Source: a virus
Virus record (IMG/VR): IMGVR_UViG_3300035698_008372
Location: 64,001 to 128,000 of that record
Length of the DNA stretch: 64,000 nucleotides
Reading direction: 5' to 3' (one strand)
The notes beneath the pieces were generated by a model. It saw only the letters and a program-made list of their open reading frames with translations, did no database searches and was not told where the DNA came from. Below are positions 11,157 through 21,242 of this stretch, one piece after another; within the stretch, counting starts at the first letter, position 1, and each line of letters begins with the position of its first letter. The translations under genes were made by a program, and so were the position numbers.

Positions 11157-12537
11157 TGAAAAACTAACCCCATTTGGGAGTTCGTTTCAAACCAAAGTGA
11201 TATCGTCACTTCTGGCTGACACCAAGTATTTTCAGACAATAGGGGATATCTTGGAACCAGTCATGTTTGATAGTGACGCTAATCAATGGTTAGTGGCCAC
11301 CATCAGTGAGTATTTTATGGAGTACAAAACGACTCCAACACTCGATGTACTTAAAATCAAAATAAATGAAATACAGAATGACATCCTACAGACATCAGTA
11401 ATTGCTAAGCTCAAAGAGGCATGGCAAAATATGGATTCTACTGATCTAGAATTTGTCAAAGGGGAATCATTGGAATTTTGTAAAAATCAAATATTGAAAA
11501 ACGCAATTATTCAATCGGTTGATTTATTACAAGAAAAGAAATACGATTCGATTAAGGGGCTGATTGATAATGCCCTAAAAGCTGGATCGGAACGAGATAT
11601 AGGCCACGATTATATTGTGGGTTTGGAGGAGAGATTGACAAAAAGCACTAGAAGTACGATAGAAACCCCTTGGGAATCCGTCACTGAATTGATGGACGGG
11701 GGAGCTGGTAAGGGTGAATTAATAGTGGTGGTAGCACCCGCTGGTATTGGAAAAACGTGGGTATTACAGACAGTTGGGGCACATGGGGTTAAAATTGGTT
11801 TGACAGTAGTTCACTATACATTGGAATTAAATCAGAATTATGTTGGTTTGAGATATGATACTATTATGAGTGGGGTTCCAACCGCAAACATTAAGTATCA
11901 TCAAGAGGATGTAAAAAAGGTAATTGATGCATTACCGGGGAAAATGATAATTAAGTATTGGCCAACCAGATCGGCATCGGTACAAACGATTGCGGCTCAC
12001 TTAAAACAAATGGAAATTCAGAATATTATACCCGACCTAATTGTGGTTGATTATGCCGATATTCTGAGAGATTCATCTGGAGCCGTAGAAAAACGATTCC
12101 AGCTGAGTAATATTTATGAGGACTTGAGAGGTCTGGCCGGTGAATTCAGTTTACCAGTATGGACGGCATCTCAAGCGAATCGTAGTGCATTGGAAGAGGA
12201 AATTATTGATGCTTCCAAAGTTGCAGAGGATTATTCTAAGATAATGACAGCTGACTTTGTAATGTCTATTAGTCGTCAAGTATCTGATAAGATAGCGAAT
12301 ACGGCTAGATGTCACATTATCAAAAACAGATTTGGTCAGGATGGTATTACCTTGCCGATGAATATGAATACGAATATAGGTAAAATAGAAATCTTTGAGG
12401 GTCAAAGTTTTAGTGGAAAAGAACAACAGAAAAAGATGAATAACGGTGATGAGTATGTCCGCAAGGAATTGAAGAACCGATTCAAAGATTTGATGGTGGA
12501 TAATAAGGCCGAGAAAAAGGTCGATGGATATGAATAG
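11146..12537 (+). CDS. replicative DnaB/gp41-like helicase
   Basis: APAGIGKT, HYTLEL, VVDYADIL, WTASQANR, KNRFG. Confidence 0.93.
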   Translation: MVDSEKLTPFGSSFQTKVISSLLADTKYFQTIGDILEPVMFDSDANQWLVATISEYFMEYKTTPTLDVLKIKINEIQNDILQTSVIAKLKEAWQNMDSTDLEFVKGESLEFCKNQILKNAIIQSVDLLQEKKYDSIKGLIDNALKAGSERDIGHDYIVGLEERLTKSTRSTIETPWESVTELMDGGAGKGELIVVVAPAGIGKTWVLQTVGAHGVKIGLTVVHYTLELNQNYVGLRYDTIMSGVPTANIKYHQEDVKKVIDALPGKMIIKYWPTRSASVQTIAAHLKQMEIQNIIPDLIVVDYADILRDSSGAVEKRFQLSNIYEDLRGLAGEFSLPVWTASQANRSALEEEIIDASKVAEDYSKIMTADFVMSISRQVSDKIANTARCHIIKNRFGQDGITLPMNMNTNIGKIEIFEGQSFSGKEQQKKMNNGDEYVRKELKNRFKDLMVDNKAEKKVDGYE

Positions 12538-12547
12538 GAGAGAATAA

Positions 12548-13645
12548 ATGGTAACTTTTAAATTATCGGATAAATTTATAGATGGGTTCAAGCGCAAGCG
12601 GGCACCCTTCGGTTTCAATGGGTTAGGGGCCCTAGTATATATGAGGACATATTCCAGAATAAAGGAAGATGGTTCAAATGAACAATGGTGGGAAACAGTA
12701 CAGCGTGTAGTTGAAGGTACATATAGCATGCAGAAAAACTGGATAGACGAACAAGGTCTTGGATGGAACCCATGGCAGGCACAGAGGTCTGCACAGGAAA
12801 TGTATGAGCGTATTTTTGAAATGAAATTTCTACCACCCGGACGGGGTCTGTGGGCAATGGGCACTGCTATCACTGAAGAAAAGGGATTGTATGCGGCATT
12901 GAATAACTGTGCATTCGTATCCACCGAAAATTTGAAAGACGATTTGGCCAAACCATTCACGTTTCTAATGGACGCTTCCATGTTGGGAGTCGGTGTTGGA
13001 TTTGATACAAAGGGGGCAGGGCAACTTATTGTCAAAGGCCCTAATGTGGATAGACCACCAGAAAAGTTTGTAATCCCAGATTCCCGTGAGGGTTGGGTTG
13101 ATGCCATGAAATTATTGATCGAGAGCTATTTTCTTGGTACTTCACCTATGGATTATGATTATGATACAATCAGGCCAGAGGGAGCACCAATAAAGGGGTT
13201 CGGCGGCACTTCAAGTGGGTACAAACCACTTAAAGCTGCTATGGATGAAATATCCAAAACACTAGATAAAAATGTTGGGGCACCTATTACAATAACCACA
13301 ATAGTTGATATTATGAATCATATTGGTAAATGTGTGGTGGCCGGAAATGTCAGACGCTGTTTACCAAATCACTATGAAGTTCAAACGGAAAATGGTTTCA
13401 AATGTATGAGTGAACTTACATCGGGAGATATGATAAATACAGCAGGAGGTTTGCGAGAGGTTAATGATGTCATAGATAGCGGAAAACAGAAAGTGTTGAA
13501 AATTAAAACGATGAACAATACTGAATATGAAGCTACTGAAAAACATACATTATTGGTATATAATCAGAAACTAGGCTTTAAGTGGAAAATGGTAAAGGAT
13601 ATTGATTCGGAGTTAGATTTTTTAGTTAAACCCAAAAATAAATAA
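12548..13645 (+). CDS. nrdJ: class II (B12) ribonucleotide reductase part 1 + N-intein 1 (13358-13642)
   Basis: YMRTYSR, FLPPGRGLW, ALNNCAF, GVGVGF, VVAGNVRR then CLPNH...ATEKH (intein blocks A/B), stop TAA. Confidence 0.92.
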   Translation: MVTFKLSDKFIDGFKRKRAPFGFNGLGALVYMRTYSRIKEDGSNEQWWETVQRVVEGTYSMQKNWIDEQGLGWNPWQAQRSAQEMYERIFEMKFLPPGRGLWAMGTAITEEKGLYAALNNCAFVSTENLKDDLAKPFTFLMDASMLGVGVGFDTKGAGQLIVKGPNVDRPPEKFVIPDSREGWVDAMKLLIESYFLGTSPMDYDYDTIRPEGAPIKGFGGTSSGYKPLKAAMDEISKTLDKNVGAPITITTIVDIMNHIGKCVVAGNVRRCLPNHYEVQTENGFKCMSELTSGDMINTAGGLREVNDVIDSGKQKVLKIKTMNNTEYEATEKHTLLVYNQKLGFKWKMVKDIDSELDFLVKPKNK

Positions 13646-13711
13646 AATATGAAGCGGTTAAGAATAATGGATACCGATTTAAATTAGATGTATATTAATA
13701 GGAGAATGATT

Positions 13712-14458
13712 ATGTATGGGATAGAAGATTTCAATTTGGAAGATTTCAATTTAATTTCGATTATGGAAATAGTCGATGAAAATAAATATGTTCAAACGAT
13801 GGACATAGAGGTTGCGGACAAGCATCATTTCTTTGTACGAAATCCTGAATACTCGGATGAATGTATTGTATCACACAATACAGCCGAAATTGTATTTGGT
13901 GATCCTGAGAATCAGGAATATTTGGACTTAAAGGATTACGACGTGAATCCATATAGGGAAGAATTTGGGTGGACATCGAACAATTCTATATTTGCCGAAT
14001 TGGGCATGGATTATACTGATGCTTGTAAACGTGTTGTGAAAAATGGTGAACCGGGATTTGCATGGCTTGAGAATATGCAGGGTTACTCACGTATGAAGAG
14101 CGGTAAAGACTACAAAGATAGACGTGTAAAAGGTGGAAATCCATGTGTTGTTGGTGATTCAATTATTACTACTGATAGAGGTAGACTTAGAATGGATGAA
14201 TTAGTTGAACGTGTAAATTCAGGTGAAACCATAAAAGTTATGTCTTTTAATGAACAAACATTAACAACTGAATTTAATGTTATTACAAAAGCGTGGATGA
14301 GTAAAAAGGATGCTACTGTATTGACATTGGAAATTGAGGAAAATGACCAAATGTTTAAATTGACATGTACCCCCGACCATAAAATATATACAACTAATCG
14401 AGGATATGTTGAGGCTAATGATTTAACTGGGGAGGATGATATAAAAATAATTACATAA
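13712..14458 (+). CDS. nrdJ: RNR part 2: C-intein 1 (to 13879) + 88-aa extein + N-intein 2 (14144-14455)
   Basis: TMDIEV..KHHFF...VSHN|TAEIVFG...TSNNS...NGEPG...GGNP|CVVGDS...CTPDHKIYT; SD AGGAG before ATG 13712. Confidence 0.92.
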   Translation: MYGIEDFNLEDFNLISIMEIVDENKYVQTMDIEVADKHHFFVRNPEYSDECIVSHNTAEIVFGDPENQEYLDLKDYDVNPYREEFGWTSNNSIFAELGMDYTDACKRVVKNGEPGFAWLENMQGYSRMKSGKDYKDRRVKGGNPCVVGDSIITTDRGRLRMDELVERVNSGETIKVMSFNEQTLTTEFNVITKAWMSKKDATVLTLEIEENDQMFKLTCTPDHKIYTTNRGYVEANDLTGEDDIKIIT

Positions 14459-14526
14459 TTCGTTTGTATATGGTATTTATTTTTGATATTTATAATAAAG
14501 AAACACTCTATATAAAGGAATGAACT

Positions 14527-15582
14527 GTGAAAACATATTGTGAAAAAAAGAACGGAAAAATTAAATTTGGAGATACTAATCATATTAGTTACGTGGGTCA
14601 CTATACAAACAATAACAATAAAACATATTATTTGCGTAGCAAGATTGAATTCGTGGTGGCTAGATGATTAGATATAAAAAATCTTAAATTTTTATATGAA
14701 TGCAAAATATATATAATAAATTCAAAAAATTATAAACCCGATTTTTTCCACACTGTAAATGATAAAATCAGAACTATTATAGAAGTAAAACCAGATAAAC
14801 AAACGGCTCTGGAATATTATTCTAAATATAACGAGTATTTTAAGAATATAGGAATTCGGTATGTAGTTTTATGAGAAAAACACATACATCAATTAATACG
14901 TAAAAATAATTTACAAGATGAGGTACTAAATTGAATAGACTATAGCATCACGAATTATAAAGTTCCCGATATGAGAGGGAAAAATAATCCTAGATATGGA
15001 ATGAAAACATCAGCAACTACTAAAAAGAAGATAGGTGATAAGACCAGAGAAAGATGTAAGGATAATGAGTATATTGATAAATTGAGTACCTCTATTTCTA
15101 AGTTCTATAATACGGACATGGGACTAAAACGAAGAAATGAAATTTCAGAGTTAAGAAAACGTGAAAACGTAGAATTCTGGAAACGGAAAAATCATGATGA
15201 CCCACTTACTACTGCTATATGTAAAATATGTGGTGATTTATTTAGATATAGAGGTATTAGTGAAAGTGGTCGTGTAACTTGTAGAAAAAATGGATGTACT
15301 ACAAAATATAATAATAGTATTGGAATTCCTCGAAAACCATTATCTAAAAAATCAAGTATTAGCTCATATAAAACAAGACTGTTAAACGGTGGTAATAAAA
15401 TGAAATTAACTGAAAACTATAAAGATTGAAACGAGAAAATTAACATGTTAAAGAAAACGTATAATATTCCAATGACGTTTGGTATGAATGAAAATACCAT
15501 TGTCAAATATTTTGGAAATATAAACACCTATATAAAGGAGATAAAAAAATATGGGAAAACTAATAAGAACGATTTTACATAA
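14527..15582 (+). mobile_element. free-standing homing endonuclease (TnsA-like PD-(D/E)XK + NUMOD3-like), 4 in-frame UGA
   Basis: From GTG 14527: YYLRSKIE...YKPDFF...IIEVKP, then GKNNPRYGMKTSATTKKKIG; TGA at 14665, 14872, 14932, 15427; ends TAA 15582. Confidence 0.8.
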
Positions 15583-16767
15583 AACTGTGGAGGATGTATT
15601 CGATTTAACCGTCGATGCTGTCCATAATTTTATAGCCAATGGTATATTGGTACATAACTGCCTTAACTACTAAGTCTCGGGGCAGTATAAATTTCTCCTG
15701 ATTGACTTGGAAGGTGAGTATACACCGACAGGGCGCAAGGGTAAAGCCAGCGTGAGAGACTGAGCGGAGAAACTTCAAAATGAAGATGCGACAGTCCACC
15801 TTATGAATCGAAACTTCTGATACGATTTGTAAACAGCGAACAAAGTTTAGAATCCTATGAATTGTGTTGTCTAGTTGAAACATTTCCAGACAATCATACG
15901 AGCAAAGAAGATTATTTGCGAACATTGAAATATGCTTATCTTTATGCAAAGACAGTGACACTTGGAAAAACTCATTGGCCAGACACAAATAGGGTTATGC
16001 TGAGAAATCGTAGAATTGGTACATCGGTATCTGGTATTGCCCAATTCATTACCAATCGAGGTCTGGGTGTACTCAGGGATTGGTTGGAAAGTGGGTACGA
16101 TGAGATTAAGAAATGGGATGAGATGTATTCAGATTGGTTATGTATTCAGCCCAGTATAAAAATTACAAGTGTGAAACCTAGTGGGACAGTATCACTACTG
16201 GCCGGATCAACTCCAGGATTACATTATCCAGAGAGTAGGTTCTACATCAGGCGTGTACGACTGGCAAAAAGTAGTAAACTGATTACACCACTTGAAAACG
16301 CTGGATACAAAATAGAACCGGCTTATGGTTCTGAAGAAAGCACAGTTGTGGTGGAAATTCCCATTGATGAGGGTGATGGAATTAGGACAAAGAAGGACTT
16401 AACGATGTGGGAACAATTGGCCCTTGCGGCGTTTATGCAACGGCATTGGGCTGACAATGCTGTTAGTGCCACGATCACGTTTGATCCGGAAACCGAATCG
16501 GATCAACTCCCATTCGCTTTGAACTATTTTCAGTATCAATTAAAAGGCATTTCATTTCTACCTAGAGTGGAAAAGGGGGCCTATAGACAAATGCCGTATG
16601 AGGAAATCACTGAAAGTGAATATGATAATATGAAAACTAATCTAAAATATTTGAGTTTAATTCACATTGAAGGGGAAATGGCAAACCCAGAAAAATATTG
16701 TGGGAATGATACGTGTGAAATTGATGCCGAGTGGGCACAAGTTGAAGATGAACAGGATGAAAAATAA
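15551..16767 (+). CDS. nrdJ: RNR part 3: C-intein 2 (15551-15658) + C-terminal extein, interrupted by a group I intron
   Basis: MGKLIRT...VFDLTVDAVHNFIANGILVHN|CL^EQSLESYELCCLVE...RNRRIG...TSVKPSGTVS; C-terminal CGNDTC. Confidence 0.9.
15664..15836 (+). ncRNA. compact group I intron (173 nt, no ORF)
   Basis: 5' exon ends in U, intron ends in G. P1 ACTGCCT/GGGCAGT with U.G; P3 TTTCTCC/GGAGAAA; P7 GACTG/CAGTC; P8 CTTCA/TGAAG. Removal restores C-L-E-Q frame. Confidence 0.9.
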
Positions 16768-16817
16768 TCTAATCTCATAGTGAGATTGATATAGACAGAT
16801 AAACAAGGAGAAAGACA

Positions 16818-17258
16818 ATGTTAGTAAAGTTAAAAAGTTGGACAAGAGAGAAAGTTATTGAATGTGACAGTTACCATATTGAAAAAGTGGAGCATGGACA
16901 TAGATGACAAATAATGAGAAACGCCACACAAGGAGATGTTAATGGTCTCGTCCTTGACCAAGTAATGGAACATTGGTCAAATGGGGAAGATGTGCGGGTG
17001 TTTGTAACTGACAATGGTAAAAATGTGGAGTCATACAGATATACATGGACTAAGCCACCATGCGGTCCGCCGCAGGAAGGCTATGGTTCACGGGACATTG
17101 GGACGGTTGAGCCACGGTTTGACCACGATTTATCCAAGGACACATTGGCTTTTATAATCGGTGCAGTTGAAAAGTATGGAAATGATGCATCATATAGTGA
17201 GTCGCTTGTAGTGTATTTACAAGAGCGTCTTTTTGGTAAGGATGAAATAGCTAAATAA
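16818..17258 (+). CDS. hypothetical protein (UGA at 16905)
   Basis: SD AAGGAG + ATG 16818 in frame with the 16914 ORF across one TGA. Confidence 0.65.
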
Positions 17259-17314
17259 AACAAAAACTGGTGGGGTGGGCTTCTCGGTCTGCCCCTAAGT
17301 AAACGGAGAAATAA

Positions 17315-17770
17315 ATGTACACATTAAAATTAAACGCATTTAGCGATGATATGATTGAACGGTATGCAAACCATACACATTATCATGAAGGAGATTCGGG
17401 GATAGATTTGTTCTTCCCAGACCCAGTAACAATACCAGCTGGAACTTTGGGTAAGAAAATCGGTCTCGGATTTTCGTGTGAAATGATATATGGGATGTCT
17501 GAAAACGTGTCATTCAATATATACCCACGATCCAGTATTTCCAAAACACCATTGAGATTGTCAAATTCGGTTGGTCTAGTGGATGCTGGTTATAGAGGTG
17601 AGATCATGGCATTATTTGATAATCACAGTGATAGGGATTACCATATTAGTGCGGGAGACAGGCTGCTACAGATCGTAGGACCCAACCTCCAGCCCATTGA
17701 TTTGGAATATGCTGAAGAATTATCTGGTTCCGATAGGGATGAAGATGGTGTTGGAAGCACGGGAAAATAG
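17315..17770 (+). CDS. dut: trimeric dUTPase
   Basis: DSGIDL, PRSSIS, NSVGLVDAGYRGEI, GDRLLQI, R...GVGSTG. Confidence 0.95.
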   Translation: MYTLKLNAFSDDMIERYANHTHYHEGDSGIDLFFPDPVTIPAGTLGKKIGLGFSCEMIYGMSENVSFNIYPRSSISKTPLRLSNSVGLVDAGYRGEIMALFDNHSDRDYHISAGDRLLQIVGPNLQPIDLEYAEELSGSDRDEDGVGSTGK

Positions 17771-17805
17771 TTGAAAATAAATCGTGTCTTTGGGAAATAA
17801 AACAC

Positions 17806-17813
17806 TATTTATA
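17806..17813 (+). promoter_or_regulatory. TATTTATA motif, putative phage middle/late promoter
   Basis: Exact intergenic copies at 14487, 17806, 21189, 27044, 53369; variants near 7524, 13689, 23018, 30315, 34026, 45642; here 3 nt before tRNA 1. Confidence 0.6.
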
Positions 17814-17816
17814 TAC

Positions 17817-17889
17817 GCGGTTGAGGTGTAAGGGGATTTGCATGTCGGCTTTCCAGCCGGAGGAGTTGGTTCAAAACCTTCCAACCGCT
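17817..17889 (+). tRNA. atypical tRNA-Gly-like (UCC in a 6-nt loop, mismatched T-stem)
   Basis: GCGGTTG/CAACCGC acceptor, U73; TCGGC-TTTCCA-GCCGG; GGTTCAAAACC; A at position 8; no CCA. Confidence 0.7.
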
Positions 17890-17900
17890 CTATTACAAAT

Positions 17901-17973
17901 GCGATTGAGGTGTTCAAGGGGAGCACGTCGGTATTCCATATCGAAGGAGTGGGTTCGAATCCTGCCGATCGCT
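17901..17973 (+). tRNA. atypical tRNA-Gly(UCC)
   Basis: GCGATTG/CGATCGC, U73; TCGGT-ATTCCAT-ATCGA; GGTTCGAATCC; A8; no CCA. Confidence 0.85.
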
Positions 17974-17984
17974 CTATTAAAAAT

Positions 17985-18057
17985 GCGATTGAAGTGTAAC
18001 AGGTAAGCACGCCGACATACCATGTCGGAAGAGTGGGTTCGAGTCCTACTGATCGCT
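17985..18057 (+). tRNA. atypical tRNA-Gly(ACC)
   Basis: GCGATTG/TGATCGC, U73; CCGAC-ATACCAT-GTCGG; GGTTCGAGTCC; A8; no CCA. Confidence 0.85.
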
Positions 18058-18084
18058 CTATTAATGCAAGGAAAAAAATGTTAT

Positions 18085-19242
18085 ATGAACTTCTCAAGTA
18101 AATTTTTCGATATCAAACCATTTGATATAGAAGAAGAAAAACAAAATCTAATCAATAATTTGGACTTTTTACATTCTATGACAGTGGAAGAACAAACCCT
18201 GTATAAGAAATGGCAGGAGTTCAATAAGAACGAACATAAGATCAGGGGGAAAGCCCACCTGTTTGATGTGTTTGAAAAAAGGTTATGGGCACCAACCGAT
18301 ATCTATGATGAGGATTTAACCATTAAGGAAATTAATGCGTTGGAGCCAGTTGTAGAATATGCAGGAAGCGATGAAGCTGCTGATTGGTCATTGTATAGGA
18401 TGTTAATTCACACAATGGATTGGTCTGCGAACCCCGGTAGAAATATGAAATTCTATGTAAAGGATGCTGTCACTCGTAAGGTGTTGGGTCTAATATCAAT
18501 GGGTTCAGATGTTACCAGTATCAAGGTCAGAGATGATTATATTGGTTGGAAAAAAGAAGATAAATTTGTAAATCACAAGTTGAATAATACGGCTATAGCC
18601 AGCACAATTGTGTCGGTTCAACCATTGGGTTATAACATGCTTGGTGGAAAATTGATAGCCGCGTTGGCAACAGTGTCAACAATTAGGGACAAGTGGGAAA
18701 AGGAATATGGTGATGTTCTAGCTGGGGTTACAACCACTTCATTATATGGCATCCATTCACAATATAACGGAATTCCACATTGGAAAACGATGGGTGAATC
18801 TGCTGGCAAGATTAGGATCAAGCCAGATGATAGTGAATATTTGAAATGGAATAAGTGGCTCAAAGAGAATTATCCAGATGAGTTTGAAAAAGCCATTACT
18901 GGAACGGGTCCCAAACAGAATGTATTAAGCAAGGTATTCAGCCATTTGAAAATTAGAGGTTATGAGCATGGATTTCATAGAGGTGTCTATTTTGCGTCAA
19001 TCTATGATAATACAGTGCCATTCTTAAAGGGTGAAATTGAACAATCTGAGCTCAAAATGAAACTGAAATATGAACAGGATTATGAATATATCGACAGGTG
19101 GTGGAAAAAGAAAGCCATAAGACGATATCAGAACATGATTGCACAGGATAGGATTAAACCAGAGAAATTATTCTATGGTGATATCGTGGGTGTATCTTGG
19201 GAAGAATGCCAAGAAATGTATTTAAAAGAAGTGGGGAGATAA
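18085..19242 (+). CDS. DUF4338/DruA-like protein (putative GNAT fold, Mom-related)
   Basis: NPGRNMKFYVKD, RDDYIGW, QPLGYNMLGGKLIA, TTTSLYG..SQYNG; ATG 18085 (track start overlaps the tRNA). Confidence 0.7.
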   Translation: MNFSSKFFDIKPFDIEEEKQNLINNLDFLHSMTVEEQTLYKKWQEFNKNEHKIRGKAHLFDVFEKRLWAPTDIYDEDLTIKEINALEPVVEYAGSDEAADWSLYRMLIHTMDWSANPGRNMKFYVKDAVTRKVLGLISMGSDVTSIKVRDDYIGWKKEDKFVNHKLNNTAIASTIVSVQPLGYNMLGGKLIAALATVSTIRDKWEKEYGDVLAGVTTTSLYGIHSQYNGIPHWKTMGESAGKIRIKPDDSEYLKWNKWLKENYPDEFEKAITGTGPKQNVLSKVFSHLKIRGYEHGFHRGVYFASIYDNTVPFLKGEIEQSELKMKLKYEQDYEYIDRWWKKKAIRRYQNMIAQDRIKPEKLFYGDIVGVSWEECQEMYLKEVGR

Positions 19243-19419
19243 TGAGTAAAACACTAGTTGAGAAGATCGAAGAATTGGGTACTGATTGGAGCAAGGTGAA
19301 TACCGCTTTGCATCACTTATGGTCAAAAAATGTCGGAACTGATAATTATGACAAAGAAGAATGGAAATTGTTAGAAAAATATATATATAAAATTATATTG
19401 AAAGACAGGGGATAAGCTT

Positions 19420-21180
19420 ATTTATAAGTCAATTTATTTCGAAGCGGAAAAACAGAAGATTCATTTGTGGGATGATGACCGCGGCTATTTCACAATACCA
19501 TATAGACGTTATGGGTATATAAAAGATAGGGGCGGCACATATACTTCATTATATGGGGACAGGCTTAAGAAAATCCACAAGTGGGGCAAAGATTCCACTG
19601 GATTATTTGAGAGTGATGTACACCCTGAAACAAGAACATTAATTGATCTGTACACCAATGACGATGAACCATCAAAAGGTAACAAAACGATTATTATTGA
19701 TATTGAAGTCGAGGTCACAGATGGATTCCCAACTGCTACTTTGGCCGAGAATAAGGTTACGGCTATATCAATTTACGATTTTACGGATAAGAAATATTAT
19801 GGTTTGGTATTGGAAAATGGCAAGGGTATTATCAAGCCATCCACAACTCCAGAGCTTGACATTGAAGTGTTTGATATGGAAGTTGATTTGTTGAATAGAT
19901 TCATGCAGATATACCTACGCATAAAACCAACTATTATTACTGGTTGGAATGTGGATAGATTTGATGTAACATACCTATACAATAGAATGGCCGATCAGCT
20001 GGATGAAGATGTAGCCAATTGCTTGTCTCCAATCGGTGTGGTACATTGGAGTGATTTCAGGGGTAGCTACAGAATCGCTGGGGTTGCAACAATGGATTAC
20101 TTACAGTTGTATAAGAAATTTACATTTACGCAACAGGCTTCATACAGATTGGATGCGATTGCTGATTTCGAATTGGGTGAACGCAAAATTGAATATGATG
20201 GTACACTAAACGAATTATATGAAAATGACATTGAAAAATTTGTCCAATACAACATCCATGATGTTCGACTAATTGAGATGTTGGACAAGAAATTGAATTT
20301 TATAGAAATCGCTCGTGGTATTTGTCACTTGGGGCATGTTCCGTATGAAGATATTTACTATGACAGTAGATACCTAGAGGCTGCTATTCTTGTTTATCTG
20401 AAAAAATTGAACATCATCGCTCCGAATAAGCCCGAGCGTGAGGGTTGGAAGGATGAAATTGGCTTTGAGGGTGCTCACGTTCAAAAGCCCAAGAAGGGTC
20501 GTCATAATTGGGTATATGATTTGGATTTAACATCAATGTATCCAAGCATCATTATGTCGTTGAACATTTCTCCAGAGACAAAAATAGGTAAAATAGATGG
20601 GTGGGATTCCAATAAATTTGTGAAAAAAACCCCAAAAACCTATACTGTCAAATATGGTACAACCGCACTCCAATCCATGGATCAGGATGAACTACAGGTA
20701 TTTTTTGATACCAATCATGTGTCGGTATCGGCCAATGGGATATTGTACAAAACTGATAGGGATGGCCTAATCGCGTCACTCCTGAAAAAGTGGTTCGACG
20801 AACGTGTTGAATTCAGAAAATTGGCTAAGAAGTTTGCCGACGCGGGTGATAACGAGAAATATGATTATTTCAATAGACGACAACATATCCAGAAGATTCT
20901 CCTTAACTCACTTTTTGGGGCACTCGGTTTGCAGGGTTGGAGATTCCATGACGTAGACAACGCCCTTGCAGTTACATCGACGGGGGTAGAATTAATTCGA
21001 TTTTCCAAAACCATTGCAAACCATTATTACAATACTGAGCTTGGTAAAGAAATTGAACTTGAAATGGAAGATGGGTCTATCAGAAAATTATATGAAAATT
21101 GGCCAATCCATGTAAAAAGGGGTGGTAAAAAAGTTCAAATTTTAGCCAAAAATCTCAAAATAAATGATGATATTCTCTAA
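19420..21180 (+). CDS. family B DNA polymerase, N-terminal part (probable ATT start)
   Basis: ExoI DIEV, TGWNVDRFD, YNIHDV, motif A DLTSMYPS, motif B KILLNSLFG; ends in an intein-like tail. Confidence 0.93.
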   Translation: MYKSIYFEAEKQKIHLWDDDRGYFTIPYRRYGYIKDRGGTYTSLYGDRLKKIHKWGKDSTGLFESDVHPETRTLIDLYTNDDEPSKGNKTIIIDIEVEVTDGFPTATLAENKVTAISIYDFTDKKYYGLVLENGKGIIKPSTTPELDIEVFDMEVDLLNRFMQIYLRIKPTIITGWNVDRFDVTYLYNRMADQLDEDVANCLSPIGVVHWSDFRGSYRIAGVATMDYLQLYKKFTFTQQASYRLDAIADFELGERKIEYDGTLNELYENDIEKFVQYNIHDVRLIEMLDKKLNFIEIARGICHLGHVPYEDIYYDSRYLEAAILVYLKKLNIIAPNKPEREGWKDEIGFEGAHVQKPKKGRHNWVYDLDLTSMYPSIIMSLNISPETKIGKIDGWDSNKFVKKTPKTYTVKYGTTALQSMDQDELQVFFDTNHVSVSANGILYKTDRDGLIASLLKKWFDERVEFRKLAKKFADAGDNEKYDYFNRRQHIQKILLNSLFGALGLQGWRFHDVDNALAVTSTGVELIRFSKTIANHYYNTELGKEIELEMEDGSIRKLYENWPIHVKRGGKKVQILAKNLKINDDIL

Positions 21181-21242
21181 GTTTATACTATTTATATACA
21201 GACACAATGTATCAATGTATAAAATATAAATTGGAGAGTAAG

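Noticed and set aside
12151-13107. 318-aa minus-strand ORF and other minus-strand ORFs
   Set aside because: Antisense shadows of strongly supported plus-strand genes, with no motifs or SD.
17817-18057. tRNAs as Trp(CCA) or UGA suppressors
   Set aside because: CCA is off-centre in the loops, the centred triplets are UCC/ACC, none is UCA, and acceptor identity is Gly.
17817-18060. Three ~84-nt-period repeats as a CRISPR array
   Set aside because: Units are cloverleaf paralogs without unique spacers; the Cas4-like nuclease at 28573 has no cas neighbours.
18022-18084. N-terminal extension of the DUF4338 ORF, and ORF 17821-18006
   Set aside because: They overlap tRNA genes; ATG 18085 is the plausible start.
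18085-19242. Druantia defence system
   Set aside because: Only a DruA-like gene; no DruE-type helicase or other partners in the window.
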